Below the pieces are notes generated by a model. The model did no database searches. It was not told the DNA's origin and saw only the letters and a list, made by a program, of their open reading frames with translations. Below, in pieces: positions 39,547 through 49,520 of a stretch of DNA of 64,000 bases (positions are counted from its first letter, which is position 1; each line of letters starts with the position of its first letter). Location: contig CANMFQ010000004.1 of the NCBI GenBank assembly GCA_947497145.1, forward strand, positions 68,560 through 132,559, read 5' to 3'. This stretch comes from an uncultured Flavobacteriaceae bacterium (lineage in GTDB: Bacteria; Bacteroidota; Bacteroidia; Flavobacteriales; Flavobacteriaceae). The position numbers were made by a program, and so were the translations under genes.

Positions 39547-40356
39547 TTATATTCTTAACTCTCCTTTAAATACTATTTGCGCTTCGCTTTTTATTGTTAG
39601 TATTTTGCTATTGATTAATTCAACTTCCATAAAGCCAGTTCTCTCAGAACATTGATATGAATTCATTTTCTTTTTATTCAAGCGTGTGCTCCAATATTTT
39701 GCAAGAAAAGTATGGGTACCTCCAGTTACTGGATCTTCATTTGTACCGCTCCAAGGCCAAAAGTATCTTGATTCAAAATCATAACCATCCCTATGAGACA
39801 CTGTGGTAATTAACACTCCGTTTATTGCGTTATTCGAACGTTTTAGTCTTTCAAAATCAGGAGCTAACTTTTCCAATAATTCACCACTGTCAATTTCGAC
39901 AAGTAATATTTTTGTTTCTTTATTGTACTCACTATTCACTATTTTTTCAATGCCCAATGCATTCAATAATTCATCAGGAGCATTTTGAGGAATGGTATCG
40001 TAAATTGGGAATTCCATCTCAATTTTCTCTCCGTACTTCCTAACCCTTAAATCTAGTTTCTGAATATTTTTAAAATGAATTGTATCAATTATAACATTGT
40101 TTTCAAATAGCACTTTAGCAGCAGCAAGGGTTGCATGTCCACAAAGGGGAATTTCCATTACTGGAGAAAAATATCTTATTGAATAGGTATCACCTATTTT
40201 ACGGATAAATGCAGTCTCTGAAAGTCCCAACTCTTTCGAAATAGACAACATTTTCATGTCAGTTAGCTTTTGCTTTAACATACAAACCCCTGCCGGATTT
40301 CCATGAAAAGGCTTGTCTGTAAAAGAGTCAACGATATAAGTTTCTATTGCCGCCAT
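39547..40356 (-). CDS. PhzF family isomerase/epimerase
   Basis: FHGNPAGV, LSETAF, EIPLCGHATLA, EDPVTGG. Confidence 0.92.
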   Translation of the reverse strand: MAAIETYIVDSFTDKPFHGNPAGVCMLKQKLTDMKMLSISKELGLSETAFIRKIGDTYSIRYFSPVMEIPLCGHATLAAAKVLFENNVIIDTIHFKNIQKLDLRVRKYGEKIEMEFPIYDTIPQNAPDELLNALGIEKIVNSEYNKETKILLVEIDSGELLEKLAPDFERLKRSNNAINGVLITTVSHRDGYDFESRYFWPWSGTNEDPVTGGTHTFLAKYWSTRLNKKKMNSYQCSERTGFMEVELINSKILTIKSEAQIVFKGELRI

Positions 40357-40604
40357 TGTTTTACTAATACTAAATTAACTATTTAGTAAATATATTTCAT
40401 TGGTAAAATAACTAATCTAAGAGATTTTTATTGGCACCACAACCTAGCTGCTGACTTACTATTAAAACCACCTGCCACTTAACGACCAAAAAAAAAGAAC
40501 GCAAAGTAACTTCCAATAGTAAGACTAATCAATCTACATAAGTCAATCGCATTTCATAAATCACACCAACCTAAACCAAAACTTGATTCTAGCCATTAGT
40601 TTAT

Positions 40605-42047
40605 TCACCTCAGCACACCAGGCTTTAAGAGTTCTTTTATAATAGTGAGTAAAAGGGCTATCTCTTTGAGGTGCGTTTTAAACTGCACCACCGCTATTCG
40701 TATCCAAAAAACCGTATGTATGTTTGTGGATGAAAGAAATATACGACCATCATTTTGAATTGCTTCAATCAATTTTTTGTTGAATGCATTAGCATCTTCA
40801 TTTTTGGGAACATACCTAAAAATTGCCACAGAAAGTTCGGGTTCTGGCCCTACTTCAATTCCTGTTATTTTTTGTATCTCGTTATAAAAATATTTGGTTA
40901 GGTATAATTTTTCTTCCAAAGCTGCTCTAAACGGCTTTACACCAAATAATTTTAGCGGCAACCACATTCTCATTCCTCTAAAATGCTTTGTTTGTTCTAC
41001 AGATACATCTGCTGGTGAAATTTCATCTTCTCTGCCAACTATATCTTGCATATAATCGGCTAAACAATGGTAGGTTTTTAATAAATGTGCTTTATTCTTT
41101 ATTAGTACAGTACCCGTTCCATAGGGCAAAAAAAGGGTTTTATGCGGATCTAAGGTAATGGAATCTGCCTCTTTAATACCTTCAAATTTTGAATCTAATT
41201 TGCCTACTAATTTAAAGAAACCGCCATAAGCTGCATCTACGTGAAACCACAGCTTATATTTTTCAGCAATGGTTGCAATTGACTTTAAAGGATCGATGGC
41301 CCCTGTATTGGTAGTACCAAAAGAGGCATTGATATAAAACGGTATCAAACCATTTTTTATATCTTCAATAATTGCTTCTTCTAGATGAGTTGATGAAAGC
41401 TTTAGGTTCTCATCTAAAGTGATATACCTTAACTGCGCCTCTGATAAGCCTGAAATTTGGATAGCTTTTATAATAGAATGATGTGATTGTTGAGTAAGGT
41501 AAATGACACATCTTTCAAAATCACGTGCTTTGATGCCATGTACTTCTCGTGCAGTTACTAAGGCTATTAAATTAGCAACAGACCCACCCGAGGTTAAATT
41601 ACCAAAAGCAGTATCTTGATAGCCCATAAGACGACACATCCATCTAATCAGCATATTTTCTACACGTACTGCCCCAGGAGCAGCGTAAAATACACCAGCA
41701 TAACGATTGCTCACTGCTGCAATAAAATCACCAAGCGCAGAAGGGTAAAGTCCTCCACCAGGAATATAACCCATATGCCCACTAGAAGCCGGATTTATGC
41801 CAACACCATCAATATTTTTTGTTGTGCTTTCTAATAGTGGAGCTAGTTCAATACCTTGCTCTTCAATACCAAAATTATAGATTTCTTTACTATTCTCTGT
41901 GGCCTTGATATAGGCTTTTGAGGCATTTAAATTGTTTAAAAAAGCATTAGCATAATCTAAAACCTCAGCATTCCATTTTCCTCTTTGGTACTCATTAGGC
42001 TCAAGAAGCCGTGCTAATTTTTCTAATTCCCTTATTTTGTTAATCAT
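40605..42047 (-). CDS. Group II PLP-dependent amino acid decarboxylase (aromatic/glutamate decarboxylase-like)
   Basis: LTSGGS.AN, GTTNTGAID, HVDAAYGG, DPHK (PLP lysine). Confidence 0.92.
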   Translation of the reverse strand: MINKIRELEKLARLLEPNEYQRGKWNAEVLDYANAFLNNLNASKAYIKATENSKEIYNFGIEEQGIELAPLLESTTKNIDGVGINPASSGHMGYIPGGGLYPSALGDFIAAVSNRYAGVFYAAPGAVRVENMLIRWMCRLMGYQDTAFGNLTSGGSVANLIALVTAREVHGIKARDFERCVIYLTQQSHHSIIKAIQISGLSEAQLRYITLDENLKLSSTHLEEAIIEDIKNGLIPFYINASFGTTNTGAIDPLKSIATIAEKYKLWFHVDAAYGGFFKLVGKLDSKFEGIKEADSITLDPHKTLFLPYGTGTVLIKNKAHLLKTYHCLADYMQDIVGREDEISPADVSVEQTKHFRGMRMWLPLKLFGVKPFRAALEEKLYLTKYFYNEIQKITGIEVGPEPELSVAIFRYVPKNEDANAFNKKLIEAIQNDGRIFLSSTNIHTVFWIRIAVVQFKTHLKEIALLLTIIKELLKPGVLR

Positions 42048-42072
42048 AATTGAGTAAGCGTTAACTATTATT

Positions 42073-42525
42073 TTATTTATAAATAGCTTCTACTCTTTCT
42101 TTTAATTCTTGGTTAAACTTCAAATACATTTTCTCCATGTTTTTAGTCATCAATTTACCCATAAAATGTGTAGCACCCCCTTCTACCCCATCGGTTTGTG
42201 TAAAAAGAGTGTTACCGTTTTCTAATGTTTCTAATTTATAAACATGGTGGTCTTTCATCCCCAACATTAACGGGTCTGACCAACCAAAAGAGACCTGTTC
42301 TTCAAACTCAATTATTGTATGTTCAAATTCCATATTTTTCTTCCCTATAGGAGCTTTAAAATAAGACGTTGCTTTTCCGCCTTCTTTAAACTCTCCCTCA
42401 ATCCCTTGGAAAGAGGAACTCCATTCTGGCATTTTTTCAAAATCTGTTAATACAGACCAAACTTGTTCCCTTGTAGCGTTTATTTCTATCTGGGTAAATA
42501 CTTCCCTTTTGTCTATTTTTTTCAT
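42073..42525 (-). CDS. SRPBCC (polyketide cyclase/dehydrase-like) protein
   Basis: IEINATREQVWSVLTDF...EW; HVYKLE...TLFTQTD; C-terminal helix LKERVE. Confidence 0.88.
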   Translation of the reverse strand: MKKIDKREVFTQIEINATREQVWSVLTDFEKMPEWSSSFQGIEGEFKEGGKATSYFKAPIGKKNMEFEHTIIEFEEQVSFGWSDPLMLGMKDHHVYKLETLENGNTLFTQTDGVEGGATHFMGKLMTKNMEKMYLKFNQELKERVEAIYK

Positions 42526-42949
42526 TTTTTATGATTTTTGGCTTTTTGATACAACCAATTAAAAAAATAAGCGATTGCTTTAGAATGACTAAGCTAACGC
42601 ATTTTTGTCGCTTTTTAAAGTACTTATTGTGACGTACATCTGAATTCAACCCGTTTTAACATAACCATACTCTAAAAACACTTTAATTTGCCTTAGGTTT
42701 TTGAGATTTCTTTTTTGTAAACAAGGATAAAAAAAAGTGTTTTCGATAAAGCTTATTTTTAGTTTGTGATTGGTATCATATTCAACTTGTTACCATTTGT
42801 TTACTAAAAAAAGGACTTGTAAGTGCTAAAAAACACCGGCAAGCATTACAAGTTTAATCAATTGGAGACAGCAATATAACAAGCAAAATTTCGTTATTGC
42901 ATTGGTGTCCCAATTGCCTTTAAAACATCTGGTAATCTTACTTTAAACA

Positions 42950-43801
42950 ATGAAAATTTACAGCATTTTTATACTTGCTTTTCTTTTGTCACAAATTTGG
43001 AATGAAGCAAATGCTGCTAACGCTTTGAAACATAAAACGGAACAAGGCGAGCAAAATAATTCAAAATCATCTTTGACCATAACCTCCCCAAATGGAAGTA
43101 CGATATGGAAGGTTCCGGGGAAGGTAAAATTAGCATGGACTAGTGAGAACATTCCTGAAGATAGAAATATCATGTTTTACCTAACTAAAGATGATACTGT
43201 GGTACAAGAACTTGGTATTTTTAAAAACAATAAACCCTTCTATGAAATAGCCATTACAAGAGGAATGCAAGAAGGCGATAATTACCGAGTAATTGGCATT
43301 GAATTATTTCCTGATGACAAATTTAATATTGCCAAATCTGCTACTGCCCTGTTTAAGGTAGAGAAAGTTTCTAAAGATGAAAAAGGGGTAAAAACAGCGC
43401 TAACAGAAACAATAGAAAAAGAAAAAGCCGTTAAAAAATCTAAAATTAGAGATAAGTTTGATGGAAGAAAAATAAACTATGTGAATGAGCTCACGGTTGA
43501 CAGTAAAGAAATATGTATTAGCCTCTGGGATCACGGAAGAAAAGATGGTGATATTGTTTCTATCTATCTAAATGGGAAGGCAATTGTAAATATGTACCAT
43601 TTAGAATATCGCAAAAAGATGTTCAATGTAACTTTAGATCCCTCAAAACCCAATGATCTATTCTTATACGCTCATAATTTAGGTCGATTTCCGCCCAATA
43701 CCGTATCTATAGAAATCACAGGCAAAACTACCTCGGAAAATATAGTACTAAACTCTGATTTAAAGACTTGCGAGGCCGTTATTATAAACATAAAAGAATA
43801 A
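42950..43801 (+). CDS. Secreted two-domain hypothetical protein
   Basis: Signal peptide; Ig-like segment LTITSPNGS.IW...LAW; C-terminal WDHGRKDGDIVSIYLNG...AHNLGRFPPNT module. Confidence 0.75.
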   Translation: MKIYSIFILAFLLSQIWNEANAANALKHKTEQGEQNNSKSSLTITSPNGSTIWKVPGKVKLAWTSENIPEDRNIMFYLTKDDTVVQELGIFKNNKPFYEIAITRGMQEGDNYRVIGIELFPDDKFNIAKSATALFKVEKVSKDEKGVKTALTETIEKEKAVKKSKIRDKFDGRKINYVNELTVDSKEICISLWDHGRKDGDIVSIYLNGKAIVNMYHLEYRKKMFNVTLDPSKPNDLFLYAHNLGRFPPNTVSIEITGKTTSENIVLNSDLKTCEAVIINIKE

Positions 43802-43853
43802 AACGCACCCTATACGCACTTTTCTTTGAACTTATTTGACAAACCTTAGGTAT

Positions 43854-44816
43854 CTAAATAGTAACTTCTAACAAGGTGGCTCCTGAGCTTTTTAAACTAA
43901 TATGGGTACTGCTAGCTGGCACTAAAATGGTTTCTCCTTTTTTAATAGTTGCCGACCCAAAATCGTTGCAAACTTCTACCGCACCACCAACACACATATA
44001 AATAGTAAAAGAATCTCTACCTGTTGTATTTAGTTGTAAATCAGCTGTAAGCTTAACGAAATTGGTTTTAAAATAAGGGCAGTCAACCATCGTATTTACA
44101 GTATCAGGTATTGTTGGATAATCAACCTTAAAATCATCCTTTTTATCATAATCAATAGCATCTAAAGCCATTTCAGTATGTAACTCTCGTAAATTTCCGT
44201 TTTTATCTCTTCGGTTAAAATCAAATACACGATAGGTAACATCAGAAGTTTGCTGAATTTCAGCTAACAAAACACCTGCTCCAATAGCATGAATTTTACC
44301 TGTATTTATAAAAAACGTATCCCCCTCTTTTACCGTCTCATAATTCAATAAATCTAACAATGTATCGTTTGCTACGCTAGCAGCATATTCTTCTTTAGAC
44401 ACATCTTTATTGAACCCTACAATTAAGTTTGCATCCTTATCAGCATCCATGATATACCACATTTCTGTTTTTCCAAAAGAATCATGCCGCTCTTTGGCCA
44501 ATTCGTCATTGGGGTGCAATTGTATTGAAAGGTCTTGTTTTGCATCAATAAACTTAATGAGTATAGGGAAATCAGTACCAAAACGGTCAACCACACTTTT
44601 CCCAAGCACCGCTACAGGGTTATCTTCAATGAGTTGCTGCAACGAAGTACCTTTTAAAGCGCCATTTGCAACAATAGAAATATCACCCTTTACCGTTGAA
44701 ATTTCCCAACTTTCTCCTGTAATATCATTGGTAATAGGTTTGCCTAAAACCTCTTTTAACTTGGTACCTCCCCAAAGACGTTCTTTTAAAATAGGATCAA
44801 ATTTTAATGGATACAT
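43854..44816 (-). CDS. manA: Type I phosphomannose isomerase
   Basis: ERLWGG, GESWEIS, LSIQLHP, GKTEMWY, HAIGAG, EIQQTSDVTYR. Confidence 0.95.
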   Translation of the reverse strand: MYPLKFDPILKERLWGGTKLKEVLGKPITNDITGESWEISTVKGDISIVANGALKGTSLQQLIEDNPVAVLGKSVVDRFGTDFPILIKFIDAKQDLSIQLHPNDELAKERHDSFGKTEMWYIMDADKDANLIVGFNKDVSKEEYAASVANDTLLDLLNYETVKEGDTFFINTGKIHAIGAGVLLAEIQQTSDVTYRVFDFNRRDKNGNLRELHTEMALDAIDYDKKDDFKVDYPTIPDTVNTMVDCPYFKTNFVKLTADLQLNTTGRDSFTIYMCVGGAVEVCNDFGSATIKKGETILVPASSTHISLKSSGATLLEVTI

Positions 44817-44847
44817 CGTTTATTTATTAAGGCGCTAATTTTAAGTG

Positions 44848-44898
44848 CAAAAGTAGGATAGCACCAAACTAACTTTGTTCTTTTATCTTACAAAGATA
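44848..44898 (-). promoter_or_regulatory. Tandem -7 promoter elements upstream of manA
   Basis: TACTTTTG (44848-44855) and TATCTTTG (44891-44898) on the minus strand. Confidence 0.45.
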
Positions 44899-45038
44899 TT
44901 TCTAATTATTTAAGAATTAAAATAGCACCACCAATATACTTGCTTTTTTAGCTGTAAGCAGTCTTCTTAAGTAACGCCAAACACAGTATACAACGATAAT
45001 CCAATGCGAATACAACACGGCATACGCCTCTATTTTCT

Positions 45039-45767
45039 TTAAAAATAAGCCAACAACTCCTTCTTTTTCGCAGCTGACACCAAGAGTTCTTTCCCATTAG
45101 AAACTACTACACTACCTCCTTTTCCTTTTCGGTACTTTACTACCTCATTTACGTTTACTAAATAAGACTTATGTATCCGAGCAAAGGCAAATTTAGCCAA
45201 GGCTTCTTCAAAATATTTAAGCGTTTTACTTACCAGAATTTTTTTATTAACCAGATATATTTCGGTATAGTTATCATCAGCCTTGCAATACAAAATTTCG
45301 GCTACATTCAATATTTGAAAACCATCTTGTTGCGGAAGGGTAATTTTACCTTCTACCTTGTTTAAAATGGGTGTGAGTACCTTATCTTCAAGGGTGTCTT
45401 CTTTTTCTCTTATTTCGGTCACATAGTCGACCGCTTTAATGAGTTCATCAATATTGATAGGCTTCATTAAATAGTAAGCGGCATGATTGTTTAAAGCATC
45501 TATAGCATAATGGTTATATGCGGTTACAAATACAGTTTCAAAATTACGGTCTGGTAATTGGTCTAAAAGGTCAAAACCAGTTCCAAAAGGCATTTCTACA
45601 TCCAAAAAAACCAAATCTAATGTGTGCGCATTTATCAGTTTTTTAGCAGCTTCAATAGAGGCTGCTTCTCCTACCAAATTTACATTTGGACAATATTTTC
45701 GCAGGTAATTGCTAAGTATTTCACGGCTATTCGCCTCATCTTCAACCAGTATTGCGTTTAGTATCAT
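45039..45767 (-). CDS. LytTR family response regulator
   Basis: LVEDE...VFLDVEMP...FVTAY...YLMKP; C-terminal LytTR domain (RIHKSYLVN). Confidence 0.96.
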   Translation of the reverse strand: MILNAILVEDEANSREILSNYLRKYCPNVNLVGEAASIEAAKKLINAHTLDLVFLDVEMPFGTGFDLLDQLPDRNFETVFVTAYNHYAIDALNNHAAYYLMKPINIDELIKAVDYVTEIREKEDTLEDKVLTPILNKVEGKITLPQQDGFQILNVAEILYCKADDNYTEIYLVNKKILVSKTLKYFEEALAKFAFARIHKSYLVNVNEVVKYRKGKGGSVVVSNGKELLVSAAKKKELLAYF

Positions 45768-47998
45768 GCGTTCATCTTTTTTAAAGTAAATACCACTTTT
45801 GTACCTGTACCATCAGCTTCTAAATTAGCTATAGCTACAGCAACTTTATCTTTATACATATCGTTTAAAATAGCTACTCGCTTTTTAATATTGCCCATGC
45901 CTTTGGACTTCTGCTTTCGTTGATTTTTTGTCTTTAATGCTGCTGATTTTTTTCTCCCTATACCATTGTCAGTAATGGTAATTTGAAGCGTCTCTTTGTT
46001 TTTTTGCTTCACCTCAATACCCAAAAATCCTTTATCTTCTTTGTATCGCAGTCCGTGCCAAATAGCGTTTTCTATATATGGTTGCAACAACATAGGTGGA
46101 ATTTGAAAAGCCGATACATCGAGATTTTCTTCCACTTCGAGTTGATAATCAAATTTATCAGGGAAACGAGAATGTTCTAATTTTACGTATAGCGATAGCA
46201 ATTCTAACTCTTTTGATAAAGGAATAAAATCTTCTTCGGAGTTTTCAAGAACAGAGCGCATTAAGGTTGAAAACTCACTCAAATACCTATTTGCACTACG
46301 CTCATCACTTTTCGCGATATAATTATTTACAGAGTTTAAAGCATTAAAAATGAAATGCGGATTCATTTGCGAGCGCAGCGATTTTAAAGCCAATAGGTTA
46401 TTGGCGAGTTTTTGTTGCTGATTACTGCGGTAAAAGAAAAAAGTAGATACTCCCATTAAGAGCATTCCAGCTATTAGGGAATAGATAATCCAAAGTTGCC
46501 GTTTATTACTCTCTTGTATTAGCTGCTGCTCAGTAACCGCCAAGGCATATTTACTCTGTGACAATTCACGTTCTTGCTCTAAGCCTGAAATGCGACTTTG
46601 TTTGGTTGATATTTCTCTATTAAACCGTGCAGCCCTAGAAATCTCTTGCTCCTTTCGTATATATAGCGTGTCTACCACCGAAACGTAGGCTTGGTAGGTC
46701 TCTAAAGCCTTTGTAAAATCACCCTTGTACTCATATACTTCTGACAGTTTACGCGTCGCATCCTTTTGTACAATTAAATCATTGTCAGTATCAGCTTCAA
46801 CAATACTTTTCTCTAAATAAGGAATTGCTTGGTCATATTTATCTTGAGAAATATAGGCATTGGCAATTTTATAATTGATACGTTGCGAGGTTATTGAATC
46901 AGGAATAGTAATTCCCTTTTTAAATTCTACTTTGGCTTTGGGTATTTTTTTAAGTTCATTTAAACTCTGTTTTCGCATTTGTATTTCATCATCATACCGA
47001 TTCTTTTTATTGTAAAAATCGGCTACTTTTTCCTTTTCTTGAATAGCTCTTTGAGGGGCTTCATTTGCTGCTAATTTTAAAGAATTCCTATAAAAACCTT
47101 CTGCTTCAATAGTCTTATTATCAATAGCATATACATCAGCAATTTTTGAGTTTAAATCAATTAGCTTAGGGGCCATTTGATTCTTTTTTGCCACTAGCAA
47201 CCCTTCTTCATAATAATCTATCGCCTTATTAAACTCCTTCAATCCCGCGTAAGCATCTCCCAAGTTTTCATACAATTGAACCTGCTGATAGGGGATTAAA
47301 TTTTTAACCTTTAACAAGGGTGAGAGCACCTTTTCTGCAGCCTCAAAATTTTTGTTTAGTATATAGGCTTTACCCAGTAAAAGTGTTGTTTTGCTAGTTT
47401 TATTGGCTTTTAAAGCATCTTTATAACTGGTCACTGCCAAATCATATTGCTGATGATATTGATACACCTCGCCTAAGGCTGTCATAGATAAAGCCAATTG
47501 CTTTTTATTTGCTCTTTTGCCCAATTGCGCTATCGATTGGGTAATAAAATCAATACTCTTTTCAATATCTTCCTTTTGGTAGGCATAGGCTGAATCAAGA
47601 TAAAATTGATGTTTTGAAGCCTTATTATCATCCAATATTTTACTTCTAGAACGGTTTGAACTGCTTTTAGAGTAGCCTTCTACAAGAACATCTACATCTT
47701 CATCACTACTAATTCTATGTCTTTTTGTTTCAAACTCAGGGCTTCTAAATATCAATTCATCGCCAATAGAAACTCTTATACGATATTCGCCATGAATATC
47801 TGTTAGCACATACGCTCCTTTATCAGTAGAAACCTCTACGCCTGAAATAGGTTCATAATTCTCTTTTCCTTTTACCGAGCCTTTAATTTCAATAATTCGT
47901 TGGTTGCCCGCACCAGAACCATCAGGAAACTGCGCCTGTATATGCAACGGCACACCTGTAACAAGGAGCAAAATTATTATGTAAGTATACTTTATCAT
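45764..47998 (-). CDS. LytS/YehU-type histidine kinase with periplasmic CarboxypepD_reg-like and TPR domains
   Basis: LRSQMNPHFIFNALN H-box; IPPMLLQPYIENAIWHG; DNGIG; TPR repeats; one TM helix; 4-bp overlap with the regulator gene. Confidence 0.93.
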   Translation of the reverse strand: MIKYTYIIILLLVTGVPLHIQAQFPDGSGAGNQRIIEIKGSVKGKENYEPISGVEVSTDKGAYVLTDIHGEYRIRVSIGDELIFRSPEFETKRHRISSDEDVDVLVEGYSKSSSNRSRSKILDDNKASKHQFYLDSAYAYQKEDIEKSIDFITQSIAQLGKRANKKQLALSMTALGEVYQYHQQYDLAVTSYKDALKANKTSKTTLLLGKAYILNKNFEAAEKVLSPLLKVKNLIPYQQVQLYENLGDAYAGLKEFNKAIDYYEEGLLVAKKNQMAPKLIDLNSKIADVYAIDNKTIEAEGFYRNSLKLAANEAPQRAIQEKEKVADFYNKKNRYDDEIQMRKQSLNELKKIPKAKVEFKKGITIPDSITSQRINYKIANAYISQDKYDQAIPYLEKSIVEADTDNDLIVQKDATRKLSEVYEYKGDFTKALETYQAYVSVVDTLYIRKEQEISRAARFNREISTKQSRISGLEQERELSQSKYALAVTEQQLIQESNKRQLWIIYSLIAGMLLMGVSTFFFYRSNQQQKLANNLLALKSLRSQMNPHFIFNALNSVNNYIAKSDERSANRYLSEFSTLMRSVLENSEEDFIPLSKELELLSLYVKLEHSRFPDKFDYQLEVEENLDVSAFQIPPMLLQPYIENAIWHGLRYKEDKGFLGIEVKQKNKETLQITITDNGIGRKKSAALKTKNQRKQKSKGMGNIKKRVAILNDMYKDKVAVAIANLEADGTGTKVVFTLKKMNA

Positions 47999-48088
47999 AG
48001 CTATAACAATACAACGTAAACTTAGCTGATTTATGTGGTATTAAAAAATGCTTAAAATCAAAATATAGGGATAAAACTACTCTAAATA

Positions 48089-48143
48089 GCACATTCACGC
48101 ACTCAAAAAGCACATTTACACATCCTGTAGCTTACTTCACTCA
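48089..48143. promoter_or_regulatory. Three imperfect direct repeats at a 21-bp period (candidate LytTR boxes)
   Basis: GCACATTCACGCA (48089), GCACATTTACACA (48110), CTTACTTCACTCA (48131). Confidence 0.6.
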
Positions 48144-48262
48144 TTCGTCATTTTTTTTATAAAGCATCACCCATACATTTACCGTAATACTTGTTTTCCT
48201 CTGCGAATAAAACAGCCAATTAACAGTATTATCAACATAACAATTAACGTAACACGAAAAAC

Positions 48263-49432
48263 ATGAACACACGACAATTTTTAAGTATATCCCTTATGAC
48301 ATATGCTATGACTACAGCATTGGGATGCGAATTAAAAAAAACAGCAACAAAACCGCTTATTGTTAAGGCGGTAAATGCGGTAAAAAAAGAAGACAGTAAT
48401 ACTGTAAAAATTGCATTGCTATTAGATACCAGTAATAGTATGGATGGTTTAATTAATCAAGCTAAATCGCAATTATGGGACATTGTAAATAAGTTTTCTT
48501 ATGCGAAATGTGGCAACGAAAACCGCCCCAAACTAGAAATTGCGTTATATCAATACGGCAATGATAGGCTTTCTTCGCAAGAAGGCTACATTCAACAAGT
48601 GTTGGGATTCAGCAACGATTTGGATGAAATTTCTGAAAAACTGTTCTCCCTAACAACTAAAGGTGGTGAAGAATTTTGCGGAAAAGTTATTGAAACATCA
48701 TTACAGCAGCTAGATTGGGGCAACAATCCTGATCATTTAAAAATGATTTTTATTGCCGGCAACGAGCCTTTTACACAAGGTAAACTCAACTACAAAACCG
48801 CCGTAACCCATGCCAAAGAAAAAGAAGTGATCGTGAATACCATTTTCTGCGGAAATTATGAGCATGGGATACAAACAGCTTGGAAGAACGGAGCAACAAT
48901 GACCGGAGGTGAATATATTGCTATAAACCATAACCAAGAAGTTACACATATCGAAACGCCCTACGACAAACTAATTATTGAATTAAATACTAAGCTCAAT
49001 AATACTTATATCTCTTATGGGAGGCAAGGTGCGGCAAAAATGAAAATGCAACGAACTCAAGATACCAATGCTATGAATTTAAAAGAAGACGTCGCTATTA
49101 AACGTGCCGTTAGTAAAAGCTCTCGATTGTACCGTAATTCTTCTTGGGATTTAGTAGATGCCAATGATGATAATGAGTTTGATATTACAACAATTAGTAA
49201 AGAAGAACTCCCAGCCGAATTAAAAGACAAAACTCCTTCAGAGCTACAGTCATATATCAAAAATAAGAAAATAGCACGAACTAAAATACAAAAAGAGATT
49301 CAAGAGCTACATAAAAAAAGAGCAGCTTACATAAATGAAAATCAAAAAGAAAACACCAAAGGAGCCCTTGAAAGCGCCATGTTCTTAGCAATAAAAAAGC
49401 AAGCACAAAAGAAAAACTACCATTGGGAGTAA
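48263..49432 (+). CDS. von Willebrand factor A domain protein (probable lipoprotein)
   Basis: MIDAS motif LLLDTSNSMDG, GGEEFCG, IFIAGNEPF; possible lipobox ALG-C; C-terminal coiled coil. Confidence 0.88.
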   Translation: MNTRQFLSISLMTYAMTTALGCELKKTATKPLIVKAVNAVKKEDSNTVKIALLLDTSNSMDGLINQAKSQLWDIVNKFSYAKCGNENRPKLEIALYQYGNDRLSSQEGYIQQVLGFSNDLDEISEKLFSLTTKGGEEFCGKVIETSLQQLDWGNNPDHLKMIFIAGNEPFTQGKLNYKTAVTHAKEKEVIVNTIFCGNYEHGIQTAWKNGATMTGGEYIAINHNQEVTHIETPYDKLIIELNTKLNNTYISYGRQGAAKMKMQRTQDTNAMNLKEDVAIKRAVSKSSRLYRNSSWDLVDANDDNEFDITTISKEELPAELKDKTPSELQSYIKNKKIARTKIQKEIQELHKKRAAYINENQKENTKGALESAMFLAIKKQAQKKNYHWE

Positions 49433-49520
49433 GTAGTAACTACGGTAGCGAAAAAAATATGAAGTAGATTAGTGTTTACTAAGTGGGTGGGTGTATCAAA
49501 GTAATTTTGGTAGACCCATT

